Part shown: positions 1-12,500 of the stretch, one piece after another
Layout of the letters: every line of letters begins with the position of its first letter
How positions within the stretch are numbered: position 1 is the stretch's first letter
NCBI GenBank assembly: GCA_002269645.1
Contig: NIVC01000143.1
Coordinates: forward strand, 62,001 to 126,000
Length of the DNA stretch: 64,000 nucleotides
Source: Macrostomum lignano
Taxonomy: Eukaryota
Direction of reading: 5' to 3'
Translations under genes and position numbers: made by a program
Notes under the pieces: generated by a model
Seen by the model: the letters and a program-made list of their open reading frames with translations, nothing else
Told to the model about the DNA's origin: nothing
The model's database searches: none

Positions 1-2518
1 CCTCTCCAAATCCTCTATTAACCCCCCAAAAATCATGTTGTTTTACCTGTTTGCAAAAATTGACTGCCTGCCATTGTCCAGATTGAGACTCTCGTCTGTC
101 CCTCTCTCCTCTTTGCTCTCTCATCTCTAATCTCTCCTATCTCCTCTCTGCTCTCATCTGCTCGTTTATCAATCATTTCTCATCTCATCTCTTATCTCTC
201 ATCTCTACTCTCTTATCTCTCCTTTCTGCACTCTCATATCTAGACTCTCTTCTTTCTCCTCACTACTTTCTCCTCTACTTTTTCCTCTCTTCTCTTTTAT
301 CTCTTCACTCTCCTCTCCTTTATCTCCTCTCTGCTCTCATCTTTCTACTTTCTCCCCTCTCCTCTCTCCCTTATCCTCTCGCTTCTCTCTCCTCTCTCTC
401 CCCTCATCTTTACTCATTTATCTCTTCTCTCTCGTCTTTTGGCTCTACTCCCTCCTGTCTCCTCTTTCTCCTCTCTTACCCCCTCTCCTCTCTCCTCTCA
501 ATTCCCCCATCTCTTCTCTCGCCTTTATTCTCTTTTTCTTTTCTCTAATCTGCCCTTTTGATTCTCTCTTTTCATGTTCTCTTTCCTCTAATATTTTATT
601 CACTCTTTCCTTTCTCTTTTCTCTATTCCCTTTCATTTAGCCATTTCATCCTCTCTATGAAACAGATATCATCAAAATCATCTCCGTTAAATGCAATCCA
701 GCGTGTATCATCTCCTTCAAGCTACAATCCATCATTTAAAAAAATATTATCTCTATCAAATTTCAGTCACTCAAGACTATGAAACTGAAGTCTATAAAAT
801 ATGCTTTTTACTTGCCTGGATATACGTCAAAAAATTTAAAAAATCCTCCATAAAACCTCTGAAATATCATAGCATGTTTTCCCTGTTTGCAAAAATTGAC
901 TGCCAGGTCCAGACTGAGACTCTCTCCTGTCTCCTCTCTCCTCTTTGCTCCTTTATCTAATCTCTTCTCTCTGCTCTCATCTCCTCTCTCCTCTCTACTC
1001 TTACTTTCTTATCAATCACCTCCCATCTCTCATCTCTCCTCTCTGCGCTCTTATCTATTTTTTCTTATCTCTATTCTCTCATCTTTCCCCTCTGCTCTCT
1101 CATTTCTTTTCTCATCTCTCTCCTGAGTCCTCTCTCTCTTCTCTTCTCGCTTCTCTCTCTCCCGTCTTCTCTCCTGTCTTCTCTCAATTCTCTCTTATCT
1201 CTCCTCTTCTCTCCTATCTCTCATCTCTACTCGCTTATCTATCGCCTCTCCTCTACCCTGCCCTCTCTCTCTCTTCTCTTTTCTCTCTTGTCTCTTCTCT
1301 CTGCTCTCATTTCTCATACTCCTATTTTCTCTCTTACCCTCTCCTTTTTCATCTCTCATCTTTCCCCTCTCCTCTGTACTCTCTTATCCCTCTCTCCTCC
1401 CATCTTTCCTCCCTCCTTTGCTCTCTCATTTTTCCTCTCTCCCCTCCTTTCTTCCCTCTACATTCTCTTCTCTTCGCTCTCCCTCTTCATCATTCCCGCC
1501 TCACTCCCCTCTTCTCTCCCCTCTGTCGTCGACTCGTCTTTAATCTCACAGCTCTCATATCTACTGTCTTTACTATCATCTTTCTATCCTCTCTTCTCCT
1601 TGAAATCTCTTCTCTCTACTCTCTTATCTGACGGACTGAAAGCGCCGATAATCAAACCAATTGAAATTTATCACCCGCCTCCTCCATCACTGAAATTACT
1701 CAAATGATAGCTGGCTTGAATTTGTGTACGCAACCTCCCCCCAACTACAATTTTGGCAGAAAGTTTAAAAGTATGGAAATCGTTTTTTCAATGCTGTGCT
1801 TTTTGTTTTCATATTTAAAGCAAATAACTTATATCCCCAAACTCAGCGTTGCAAGATCTTTCCAGCAATATAAAATCTCTCCTCTCAAAGCTTAAAACTC
1901 AAGGAACAGTTAGCGTTTGAACTTCCTGATTTAAAGCATTGAAGTATCTATCGAGTGTACATTCACTGCCTGCTAGCTAGTAAGAGGCTCGCAAGTTTAT
2001 TCATTGAATTTAGCTGCCCAGCTAAATACAGTCTTGAAAGACGCCGATAATAAAACCAATTGAATCTCGACACAGTCCTTATCTATCTGTTTACACAGTA
2101 CATTGCTATGTACACTCAGCCCAAACCAACCCCCCTATTCCGGGGGAATCATTAAATTTTACTGCACCCCCAACACGCGGGGTTTTTATTAGCATTGAAC
2201 CCAGAACGCGCGTCACGCACCCCTCCAATACACAGCGGCCTGCGGGGGGAGGTTGGGGAGGTTGTTTTTACAATTATATGCCACTACCCCTCCACTGAAG
2301 AGGCAAAGTGGCCAAAGAAGGTTAAGAAAACAGTTTTCTGCTTTTTTAACGGACTTAATTTTGAAATTTTCAACATTAAAATAGCCTATTTGTTGCGTAG
2401 GAAAATTCTGCATTGACATATATAAGTCTCGCATTTGAGTTGCCAGCCGTCTAGGAGGAGATACGCGTTAAACCCGGCCGGTCGATCGATCGATCGACCC
2501 ACTCAGCTTTAGATATAA
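1..2518 (-). mobile_element. Non-autonomous Helitron unit 1 (~2.63 kb family, truncated by the window edge)
   Basis: Near-identical to 2629-5145. CT-rich low-complexity interior with no credible ORF; Helitron 5' end at 2518. Confidence 0.85.
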
Positions 2519-5145
2519 CGAGGCCAACTCCTCCGTTGGCGGAGTAAGGGGAAGAACTCCCATTGCCAGAATTTCATTTTCTGAAATCCATCAGCTGAAT
2601 CCAATGACACGAATCCCATCGTCCAAATCCTCTCCAAATCCTCTATTAACCCCCCAAAAATCATGTTGTTTTACCTGTTTGCAAAAATTGACTGCCTGCC
2701 ATTGTCCAGATTGAGACTCTCGTCTGTCCCTCTCTCCTCTTTGCTCTCTCATCTCTAATCTCTCCTATCTCCTCTCTGCTCTCATCTGCTCGTTTATCAA
2801 TCATTTCTCATCTCATCTCTTATCTCTCATCTCTACTCTCTTATCTCTCCTTTCTGCACTCTCATATCTAGACTCTCTTCTTTCTCCTCACTACTTTCTC
2901 CTCTACTTTTTCCTCTCTTCTCTTTTATCTCTTCACTCTCCTCTCCTTTATCTCCTCTCTGCTCTCATCTTTCTACTTTCTCCCCTCTCCTCTCTCCCTT
3001 ATCCTCTCGCTTCTCTCTCCTCTCTCTCCCCTCATCTTTACTCATTTATCTCTTCTCTCTCGTCTTTTGGCTCTACTCCCTCCTGTCTCCTCTTTCTCCT
3101 CTCTTACCCCTCTCCTCTCTCCTCTCAATTCCCCCATCTCTTCTCTCGCCTTTATTCTCTTTTTCTTTTCTCTAATCTGCCCTTTTGATTCTCTCTTTTC
3201 ATGTTCTCTTTCCTCTAATATTTTATTCACTCTTTCCTTTCTCTTTTCTCTATTCCCTTTCATTTAGCCATTTCATCCTCTCTATGAAACAGATATCATC
3301 AAAATCATCTCCGTTAAATGCAATCCAGCGTGTATCATCTCCTTCAAGCTACAATCCATCATTTAAAAAAATATTATCTCTATCAAATTTCAGTCACTCA
3401 AGACTATGAAACTGAAGTCTATAAAATATGCTTTTTACTTGCCTGGATATACGTCAAAAAATTTAAAAAATCCTCCATAAAACCTCTGAAATATCATAGC
3501 ATGTTTTCCCTGTTTGCAAAAATTGACTGCCAGGTCCAGACTGAGACTCTCTCCTGTCTCCTCTCTCCTCTTTGCTCCTTTATCTAATCTCTTCTCTCTG
3601 CTCTCATCTCCTCTCTCCTCTCTACTCTTACTTTCTTATCAATCACCTCCCATCTCTCATCTCTCCTCTCTGCGCTCTTATCTATTTTTTCTTATCTCTA
3701 TTCTCTCATCTTTCCCCTCTGCTCTCTCATTTCTTTTCTCATCTCTCTCCTGAGTCCTCTCTCTCTTCTCTTCTCGCTTCTCTCTCTCCCGTCTTCTCTC
3801 CTGTCTTCTCTCAATTCTCTCTTATCTCTCCTCTTCTCTCCTATCTCTCATCTCTACTCGCTTATCTATCGCCTCTCCTCTACCCTGCCCTCTCTCTCTC
3901 TTCTCTTTTCTCTCTTGTCTCTTCTCTCTGCTCTCATTTCTCATACTCCTATTTTCTCTCTTACCCTCTCCTTTTTCATCTCTCATCTTTCCCCTCTCCT
4001 CTGTACTCTCTTATCCCTCTCTCCTCCCATCTTTCCTCCCTCCTTTGCTCTCTCATTTTTCCTCTCTCCCCTCCTTTCTTCCCTCTACATTCTCTTCTCT
4101 TCGCTCTCCCTCTTCATCATTCCCGCCTCACTCCCCTCTTCTCTCCCCTCTGTCGTCGACTCGTCTTTAATCTCACAGCTCTCATATCTACTGTCTTTAC
4201 TATCATCTTTCTATCCTCTCTTCTCCTTGAAATCTCTTCTCTCTACTCTCTTATCTGACGGACTGAAAGCGCCGATAATCAAACCAATTGAAATTTATCA
4301 CCCGCCTCCTCCATCACTGAAATTACTCAAATGATAGCTGGCTTGAATTTGTGTACGCAACCTCCCCCCAACTACAATTTTGGCAGAAAGTTTAAAAGTA
4401 TGGAAATCGTTTTTTCAATGCTGTGCTTTTTGTTTTCATATTTAAAGCAAATAACTTATATCCCCAAACTCAGCGTTGCAAGATCTTTCCAGCAATATAA
4501 AATCTCTCCTCTCAAAGCTTAAAACTCAAGGAACAGTTAGCGTTTGAACTTCCTGATTTAAAGCATTGAAGTATCTATCGAGTGTACATTCACTGCCTGC
4601 TAGCTAGTAAGAGGCTCGCAAGTTTATTCATTGAATTTAGCTGCCCAGCTAAATACAGTCTTGAAAGACGCCGATAATAAAACCAATTGAATCTCGACAC
4701 AGTCCTTATCTATCTGTTTACACAGTACATTGCTATGTACACTCAGCCCAAACCAACCCCCCTATTCCGGGGGAATCATTAAATTTTACTGCACCCCCAA
4801 CACGCGGGGTTTTTATTAGCATTGAACCCAGAACGCGCGTCACGCACCCCTCCAATACACAGCGGCCCGCGGGGGGAGGTTGGGGAGGTTGTTTTTACAA
4901 TTATATGCCACTACCCCTCCACTGAAGAGGCAAAGTGGCCAAAGAAGGTTAAGAAAACAGTTTTCTGCTTTTTTAACGGACTTAATTTTGAAATTTTCAA
5001 CATTAAAATAGCCTATTTGTTGCGTAGGAAAATTCTGCATTGACATATATAAGTCTCGCATTTGAGTTGCCAGCCGTCTAGGAGGAGATACGCGTTAAAC
5101 CCGGCCGGTCGATCGATCGATCGACCCACTCAGCTTTAGATATAA
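2519..5145 (-). mobile_element. Non-autonomous Helitron unit 2 (2627 bp)
   Basis: Direct repeat of unit 1 at a 2627-2628 offset. I saw only about two differences by eye. Both termini are present. Confidence 0.88.
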
Positions 5146-7800
5146 CGAGGCCAACTCCTCCGTTGGCGGAGTAAGGGGAAGAACTCCCATTGCCAGAATT
5201 TCATTTTCTGAAATCCATCAGCTGAATCCAATGACACGAATCCCATCGTCCAAATCCTCTCCAAATCCTCTATTAACCCCCCAAAAATCATGTTGTTTTA
5301 CCTGTTTGCAAAAATTGACTGCCTGCCATTGTCCAGATTGAGACTCTCGTCTGTCCCTCTCTCCTCTTTGCTCTCTCATCTCTAATCTCTCCTATCTCCT
5401 CTCTGCTCTCATCTGCTCGTTTATCAATCATTTCTCATCTCATCTCTTATCTCTCATCTCTACTCTCTTATCTCTCCTTTCTGCACTCTCATATCTAGAC
5501 TCTCTTCTTTCTCCTCACTACTTTCTCCTCTACTTTTTCCTCTCTTCTCTTTTATCTCTTCACTCTCCTCTCCTTTATCTCCTCTCTGCTCTCATCTTTC
5601 TACTTTCTCCCCTCTCCTCTCTCCCTTATCCTCTCGCTTCTCTCTCCTCTCTCTCCCCTCATCTTTACTCATTTATCTCTTCTCTCTCGTCTTTTGGCTC
5701 TACTCCCTCCTGTCTCCTCTTTCTCCTCTCTTACCCCCTCTCCTCTCTCCTCTCAATTCCCCCATCTCTTCTCTCGCCTTTATTCTCTTTTTCTTTTCTC
5801 TAATCTGCCCTTTTGATTCTCTCTTTTCATGTTCTCTTTCCTCTAATATTTTATTCACTCTTTCCTTTCTCTTTTCTCTATTCCCTTTCATTTAGCCATT
5901 TCATCCTCTCTATGAAACAGATATCATCAAAATCATCTCCGTTAAATGCAATCCAGCGTGTATCATCTCCTTCAAGCTACAATCCATCATTTAAAAAAAT
6001 ATTATCTCTATCAAATTTCAGTCACTCAAGACTATGAAACTGAAGTCTATAAAATATGCTTTTTACTTGCCTGGATATACGTCAAAAAATTTAAAAAATC
6101 CTCCATAAAACCTCTGAAATATCATAGCATGTTTCCCTGTTTGCAAAAATTGACTGCCAGGTCCAGACTGAGACTCTCTCCTGTCTCCTCTCTCCTCTTT
6201 GCTCCTTTATCTAATCTCTTCTCTCTGCTCTCATCTCCTCTCTCCTCTCTACTCTTACTTTCTTATCAATCACCTCCCATCTCTCATCTCTCCTCTCTGC
6301 GCTCTTATCTATTTTTTCTTATCTCTATTCTCTCATCTTTCCCCTCTGCTCTCTCATTTCTTTTCTCATCTCTCTCCTGAGTCCTCTCTCTCTTCTCTTC
6401 TCGCTTCTCTCTCTCCCGTCTTCTCTCCTGTCTTCTCTCAATTCTCTCTTATCTCTCCTCTTCTCTCCCATCTCTCATCTCTACTCGCTTATCTATCGCC
6501 TCTCCTCTACCCTGCCCTCTCTCTCTTCTCTTTTCTCTCTCGTCTCTCCTCTCTGCTCTCATTTCTCATACTCCTATTTTCTCTCTTACCCTCTCCTTTT
6601 TCATCTCTCATCTTTCTCCTCTCCTCTCAACCGTCTCCTGTCTCATCTCTCTTCTCTCTCCTCTGTACTCTCTTATCCCTCTCTCCTCCCATCTTTCCTC
6701 CCTCCTTTGCTCTCTCATTTTTCCTCTCTCCCCTCCTTTCTTCCCTCTACATTCTCTTTTCTTCGCTCTCCCTCTTCATCATTCCCGCCTCACTCCCCTC
6801 TTCTCTCCCCTCTGTCGTCGACTCGTCTTTAATCTCACAGCTCTCATATCTACTGTCTTTTCTATCATCTTTCTATCCTCTCTTCTCCTTGAAATATCTC
6901 TTCTCTCTACTCTCTTATCTGACGGACTGAAAGCGCCGATAATCAAACCAATTGAAATTTGTCACCCGCCTCCTCCATTACTGAAATTACTCAAATGATA
7001 GCTGGCTTGAATTTGTGTACACAACCTCCCCCCAACTACGAGTACAATCTTGGCAGAAAGTTTAAAAGTATGGAAATCGTTTTTTTCAATGCTGTGCTTT
7101 TTGTTTTCATATTTAAAGCAAATAACTTATATCCCCAAACTCAGCGTTGCAAGATCTTTCTAGCAATATAAATTCTCTCTTCTCAAAGCTTAAAACTCAA
7201 GGAACAGTTGGCGTTTGAACTTCCCGATTTAAAGCATTGAAGTATCGAGTGTACATTCACTGCCTGCTAGTAAGAGGCTCGCAAGTTTATTCATTGAATT
7301 TAGCTGCCCAGCTAAATACAGTCTTGAAAGACGCCGATAATAAAACCAATTGAATCTCGACACAGTCCTTATATATCTGTTTACACAGTACATTGCTATG
7401 TACACTCAGCCCAAACCAACCCCCCTATTCCGGGGGAATCATTAAATTTTACTGCACCCCCAACACGCGGGGTTTTTATTAGCATTGAACCCAGAACACG
7501 CGTCACCCACCCCTCCAAAACACAGCGACCCGCGGGAGGAGGTTGGGGTGGTTGTTTTTACAATTATGCCACTACCCCTCCACTGGAGAGGCAAAGTGGC
7601 CAAAGAAGGTTAAGAAAACAGTTTTCTGCTTTTTTAACTGACTTAGTTTTGGAAATTTTAACATTAAAATAGCCTATTTGTTGCGTAGGAAAATTCTGCA
7701 TTGATATATGTAAGTCCCGCATTTGAGTTGCCAGCCGTCTAGGAGGAGATACGCGTTAAACCCGGCCGGTCGATCGATCCACTCAGCTTTAGATATAAGA
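5146..7800 (-). mobile_element. Non-autonomous Helitron unit 3 (~2.65 kb, diverged variant)
   Basis: Same family as units 1-2, but its higher-coordinate half shares diagnostic variants with the copy at 18757-21465. Confidence 0.85.
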
Positions 7801-9518
7801 CGAGGCCAACTCCTCCGTTGGAGGAGAAAGGGGAAGAACTCCCATCACCGGAATTCCATTCCCTGAAATCCATCAGCTGAAATTCCTACATGACTTCAAT
7901 CCCATTTTCCAAATCATCTCCATCATCTGTAAAGCCTTTCAAATACCATATATTATTTTCCCTGTTCGCAAAAACTGACTGCGATTGTCCAGACTCAGCT
8001 TCTTCTGTCTAATCTCTTCTCTCTTCTTTTCTCATCGCATCTCTTATCTCTCCTCTCCTCACTACTTTCTTCTCTTAATTCTCTCATCTCTCCTCTCTCC
8101 CTTCTCTCGCTTCTCTCTCCTCTCACTTCTCTCATCTCTACCACCTTATTTATCTCTTCTCCCTCGTCTTTCGTCTATACTCTCTCCTGTCTCCTTTCTC
8201 CCCTGTTTTCTACTCTCTCCTCTCTTCTCTCTTCTCTCCTATCTCATCTCTCATCCCTCATCTCTCATCTCACTCTTTCTTTCTCCTCTACTCTCAGCTC
8301 CTCTCTTCTCTCTCCTCTCATCTCTCCTGTCTCCCTCTGCTATCTCATATATTCCGTCTCATCTCCCTCCTCTTTTCTTCTCTCTCCCTCTTCGTTCCCG
8401 CCTTACTCCCCTCTTTTATCCCATCTGTCATGTCTAATCTCTCCTCTCTCATTTCTAGCCTGTTTTTTATCATCTCTTCCCTCCTCTCTTTTCTCTCTTC
8501 TCTTTACTCTCTTTTCTGACTGACTGAAGATGCCAAATCCATCAAAATTCTCTCAGTGAAACAGAAATCCTCTCCATGAAACTGAATTTCTGAAACCATC
8601 GAAATTCTCTTTGTGAAACTGGACTCAATCGAAATTTTCTCCGTCAAAAAGAATCAGCTCTCAAGATTAATTTGTTACGGTTAGGGTTGGAGCTGCACAG
8701 CTGCGTGTTAAAAGGGGCCGATAAAAAAATTGAGCTAATTGAATCAATAATTGATTGCGCAGTTTATTTCTGTCAGTCAGAATCAGTCTCAGACTCTCAG
8801 CCTCTCAGGTAAAGTTAAAAAAAAGATTGCGCAATCTAAATCAACCGTCCAATACACAGCGACCGACCCCCTTCCAATACGCAGTGGCAGCTAGAGATTG
8901 AACCGCCCAACTGTTGGGGGGGGGGGGGTCCGTCGAATCGAACCCCCATTGAACCCCAAAATGAGTACAATCTTTGCAAAAAGTTAAAAGTATGGAAATA
9001 GTTTTCCCAATGCAGAGCTTTTAGTTTTTATATTTAAAGCAAACAACTTATATCCCCGAACTCAGCGTTGCAAGATCTTTCCAGAAATATAAGCCTCTCC
9101 TCTCAAAGTTTAAAACTCGAGGAACAGTTAGCGTTTGAAATTTACCGATTTCCTGACTGTTTGCTAGAGAAGCTCGCAAGTTTATTCACTGCCAACTGCC
9201 AAGCTAATACAAAGGGCTGCCTATAGAAAAAGGCGCCAATAATAAAACCAATTGAATCTCGACACAGTCCTATCCTATCTATCTGTTTACACTGTACAAC
9301 TGCTATGTACACTCAGCCAAAAGCAACCCCCCGTGCCGGGGAAATCATTAAATTTAACTGCACCCCAAACACGCGGGGGTTTTATTTGCATTGAACCCAG
9401 AACACGCGTCACCCACCCCTCCAATACGTCCCGCATTTGAGTTGCCAGCCGTCTAGGAGGAGATACCCGTTAAACCCGGCCGGTCGATCGATCGGTCCAC
9501 TCAGCTTTAGATATAAGA
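7801..9518 (-). mobile_element. Non-autonomous Helitron unit 4 (~1.7 kb, different internal sequence)
   Basis: Same termini. The interior shares blocks with both the 2.6-kb family and 17552-18756 (e.g. ggactcaatcgaaattttctccgtcaaaaagaa). Confidence 0.8.
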
Positions 9519-12500
9519 CGTTGGAGGAGAAAGGGGATAGGACTCCCATCGCCAGAATTCCATTCATTGAAATTCAATTGGAGTAAAATTCATACAAAGC
9601 TGTTTTTGACTAACAATTAATTACTCAGGCAGTTAGTATCAGTCTCAAAGATAACAATATGGTGATGCAATCTGTAAATAAACTCACAAATATACAGCGA
9701 TCTCAAATTCAAAAGCGATTCTCTGTTGAAATAAAAAACTAATTCAAAGACATCATTAGGGGTGCACAGAAAATGGCAAAATTAAAGGGATAGTGTAAGC
9801 ACATGTCTTTGACTAAGTAATTGGTAATTTGAAACTCATGCGCATTTTATGCCTTTCCACTACTTTTACTTGTTTTTTAATAACCTATGATCGACTGGCT
9901 CGTTTTTAGTCTGAATCCTGCGCACCCCGAGTACAGTACGCGTATGGCATATATTTGTTTGAAGCAATGCATTAGCTACATAATAAGGATGCAAGCAAAT
10001 TGGTAGAGTGGAAGAGAAAAAAGGCAAATCATCATCAAGTTCTTTTCTAAACCTAGAGAAACTCCTAACTTGACTGGCAATACTAAAGTAGTATTTAGGA
10101 GACGATAAAGTCTAGAAAGTAAAGAAAATTTAGGAGACACTGCAAACCTACTATATAAAAATTGAACCCGATTATCTTTTCTCTTCCACTTAAAAATAAC
10201 ATTTAAGTTGGGTTCATATTATGTGCAATAAAATATATTGCCTAATATATATAATATGATTACGTATGGCTACTTTGCGCTTTAAAGAGTCTGAAAAATA
10301 AATGTGGCAATAATTGATTTTTAATGGCTAGGAGCCTAAGCCTTTTTAAAAGCATCCATTTACGCTAAAAATATCTGTCTGTAATTCATTCAGTAACGAT
10401 CTGTCACTGTAACAGTTTTTTCACTCCTTTATAACTTATATTGTAATTACTCTCAATTTGTCACTCATAATTTAGCACTCTGCAATTTATCTCTGATAAT
10501 TTGTCTCTCTCATAATTTTTCACTCGTAATTTATCCCTTTTATAATTTGTCACACTCTCAAGTTGGCACTCTCATAAGTATTAAAGCTGACAATTTTTTC
10601 ACTCTCAAGATGTCACTCTCCCAATCAATTTCTATCATCCTACCTAGGATTTTTACTGTACTGATAATCAGTTCAGTCCTACATGTAATTCAGTTCAGTC
10701 ACTGCCCTAATCAGTTCTGCTTGCCGATGAGCTGGCGCAGTACAATGTTACTCGTCCGTCCGCCTGGAGCCCGAACTTTAACGCCATCGGCACTCCGCGC
10801 ACGACTCAGAGCCACGTAGAGCTGGCCGTGCTGAAAGCAAGCCGTCGTCAGGTCGACGGCGTAGGTGCTCAGCGACTGGCCCTGGCTCTTGTGGATGGTC
10901 ATGGCGAAGCATGGCCGGATCGGGAACTGCAGGCGGCGGAAGGTGAATGGCAACTCAGCGGGACTTGGCTCGAGCGGGATTCGCGGGATGAAAACTTCCC
11001 GTCCTCGGAATACGCCTGTGGCGACCTCCGCAAGCAGCACATTGTCCCGCAAGTCGCGTAGCAGCAGCCGTGTCCCGTTGCACAGCAGCGGTGGGTCGAG
11101 GTTCCGCATCATCATGACGGGCATTCCAGCCTTCAGCTCCAGCCGGTGATGAGGCAGGCCACTGGGGTCCAGCCGGTTTAGCAGCTCCGGTGGAAAGTTC
11201 GTGGCTGCTGCATCGTCATGCGGGATCGAGTCCACCGACAGGTAGACACGGCTTGCACCCGGGAAGAGCGTGAAACAAACAGCATTAGCCTCATCAACTG
11301 TCTTGTTGTGGGGCGCAAGCAGGCTTCGTTCCGCGAACATTTGATCCCTCTCGGGGCTTGGCTCGAAGGATGGGTAGACATAACGGATGAGCTGCTCGGT
11401 GGTTGTTTCATCAGGCAGGGTGATCTCGCTAGGCAATTCAACCGTACCCTCTTCATCCTGTGGCAGCTCACCGTTGCCAACCTGGGATTTCAGTGTTAGC
11501 ACCGATTTATGAAGTAATATTCTGCGATTGTATTCATTAGTAGCACACAATTGCTCATGAGGTAATGAAATTTGTCACCACTTACCAGTTTTTGTTGTTT
11601 TTCTGTAAATGCTGCTGGCATTGCAACAATAAAAAAATGCTTTAGTAATGAGTCAGTCAACAGCTGTCGAGCTCACCTGCATCAAGAAATCCGCGTAGTT
11701 TTGGGAAGCTGAGTCGCCTTCCAACCGCAGATTTCTAGTGAGGTGATGTTGCCGGAAGTGCTGCCACAATGCCGACCGGTTTAAGCAGGCCTCGATAGTG
11801 TTGGCGTGCGTTCCACCTGGCACAACTGCCAGTAGTTGGCGGAAATCGCCGGCCAGCACCAGCAGCGCTCCTCCGAAGGGCCGCTCGACTCGCAACAGAT
11901 CCCGGAGTGACCGTTCGACAATCTCCATGTCCTTGCGATGCGTCATAGGCGCCTCGTCCCACACAATGAGTCGCGTTGCTCGCAACACTTCGGCCAGCTT
12001 GCTATTACGACCAATGGAGCAGAACGCGTTGTCCTGCCGCACTGCGGAAACAGGGATCTTGAACCTGTGACGTAAGAGGTGCACTTATATAATTAACCAC
12101 GCATACGTAGTAGAGAGTATAGTATAAGGAAAGCATGGATTTAGTTGGCATTATGAAGAAAACAAAATATAATTTTTTGTTTCTTAAGAAAGCTCACATC
12201 GAATGGGCTGTCCGTCCATCGGGAAGAATGGTGGCCGCTATGCCTGACGACGCCACAGCAACAGCAACCTGACGTCTGGCGCGAACAGCCTGTAGCAGCA
12301 GCGTCAACAGAAAAGTCTTGCCGGTGCCCCCGGGAGCGTCGACAAAGTGGAGACCTCCACCCCCAACTGATAGATCAGACATCACCGCGTTGAACACGGC
12401 TCGCTGCTCCGCCGTCAGAAGGCCGATCCGGACATCGACTTCTGCCTGGAGCTCTGCAGCTTCTTGCGGTGTCATCAGACACTGAGCCAGTGTGGTCTGA

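Noticed and set aside
445-8437. Leu/Ser-rich ORFs (up to 243 aa) in the Helitron units, also at 19303-20608
   Set aside because: They are translations of CT-rich low-complexity DNA, start mostly at TTG, and shift frame freely between near-identical copies.
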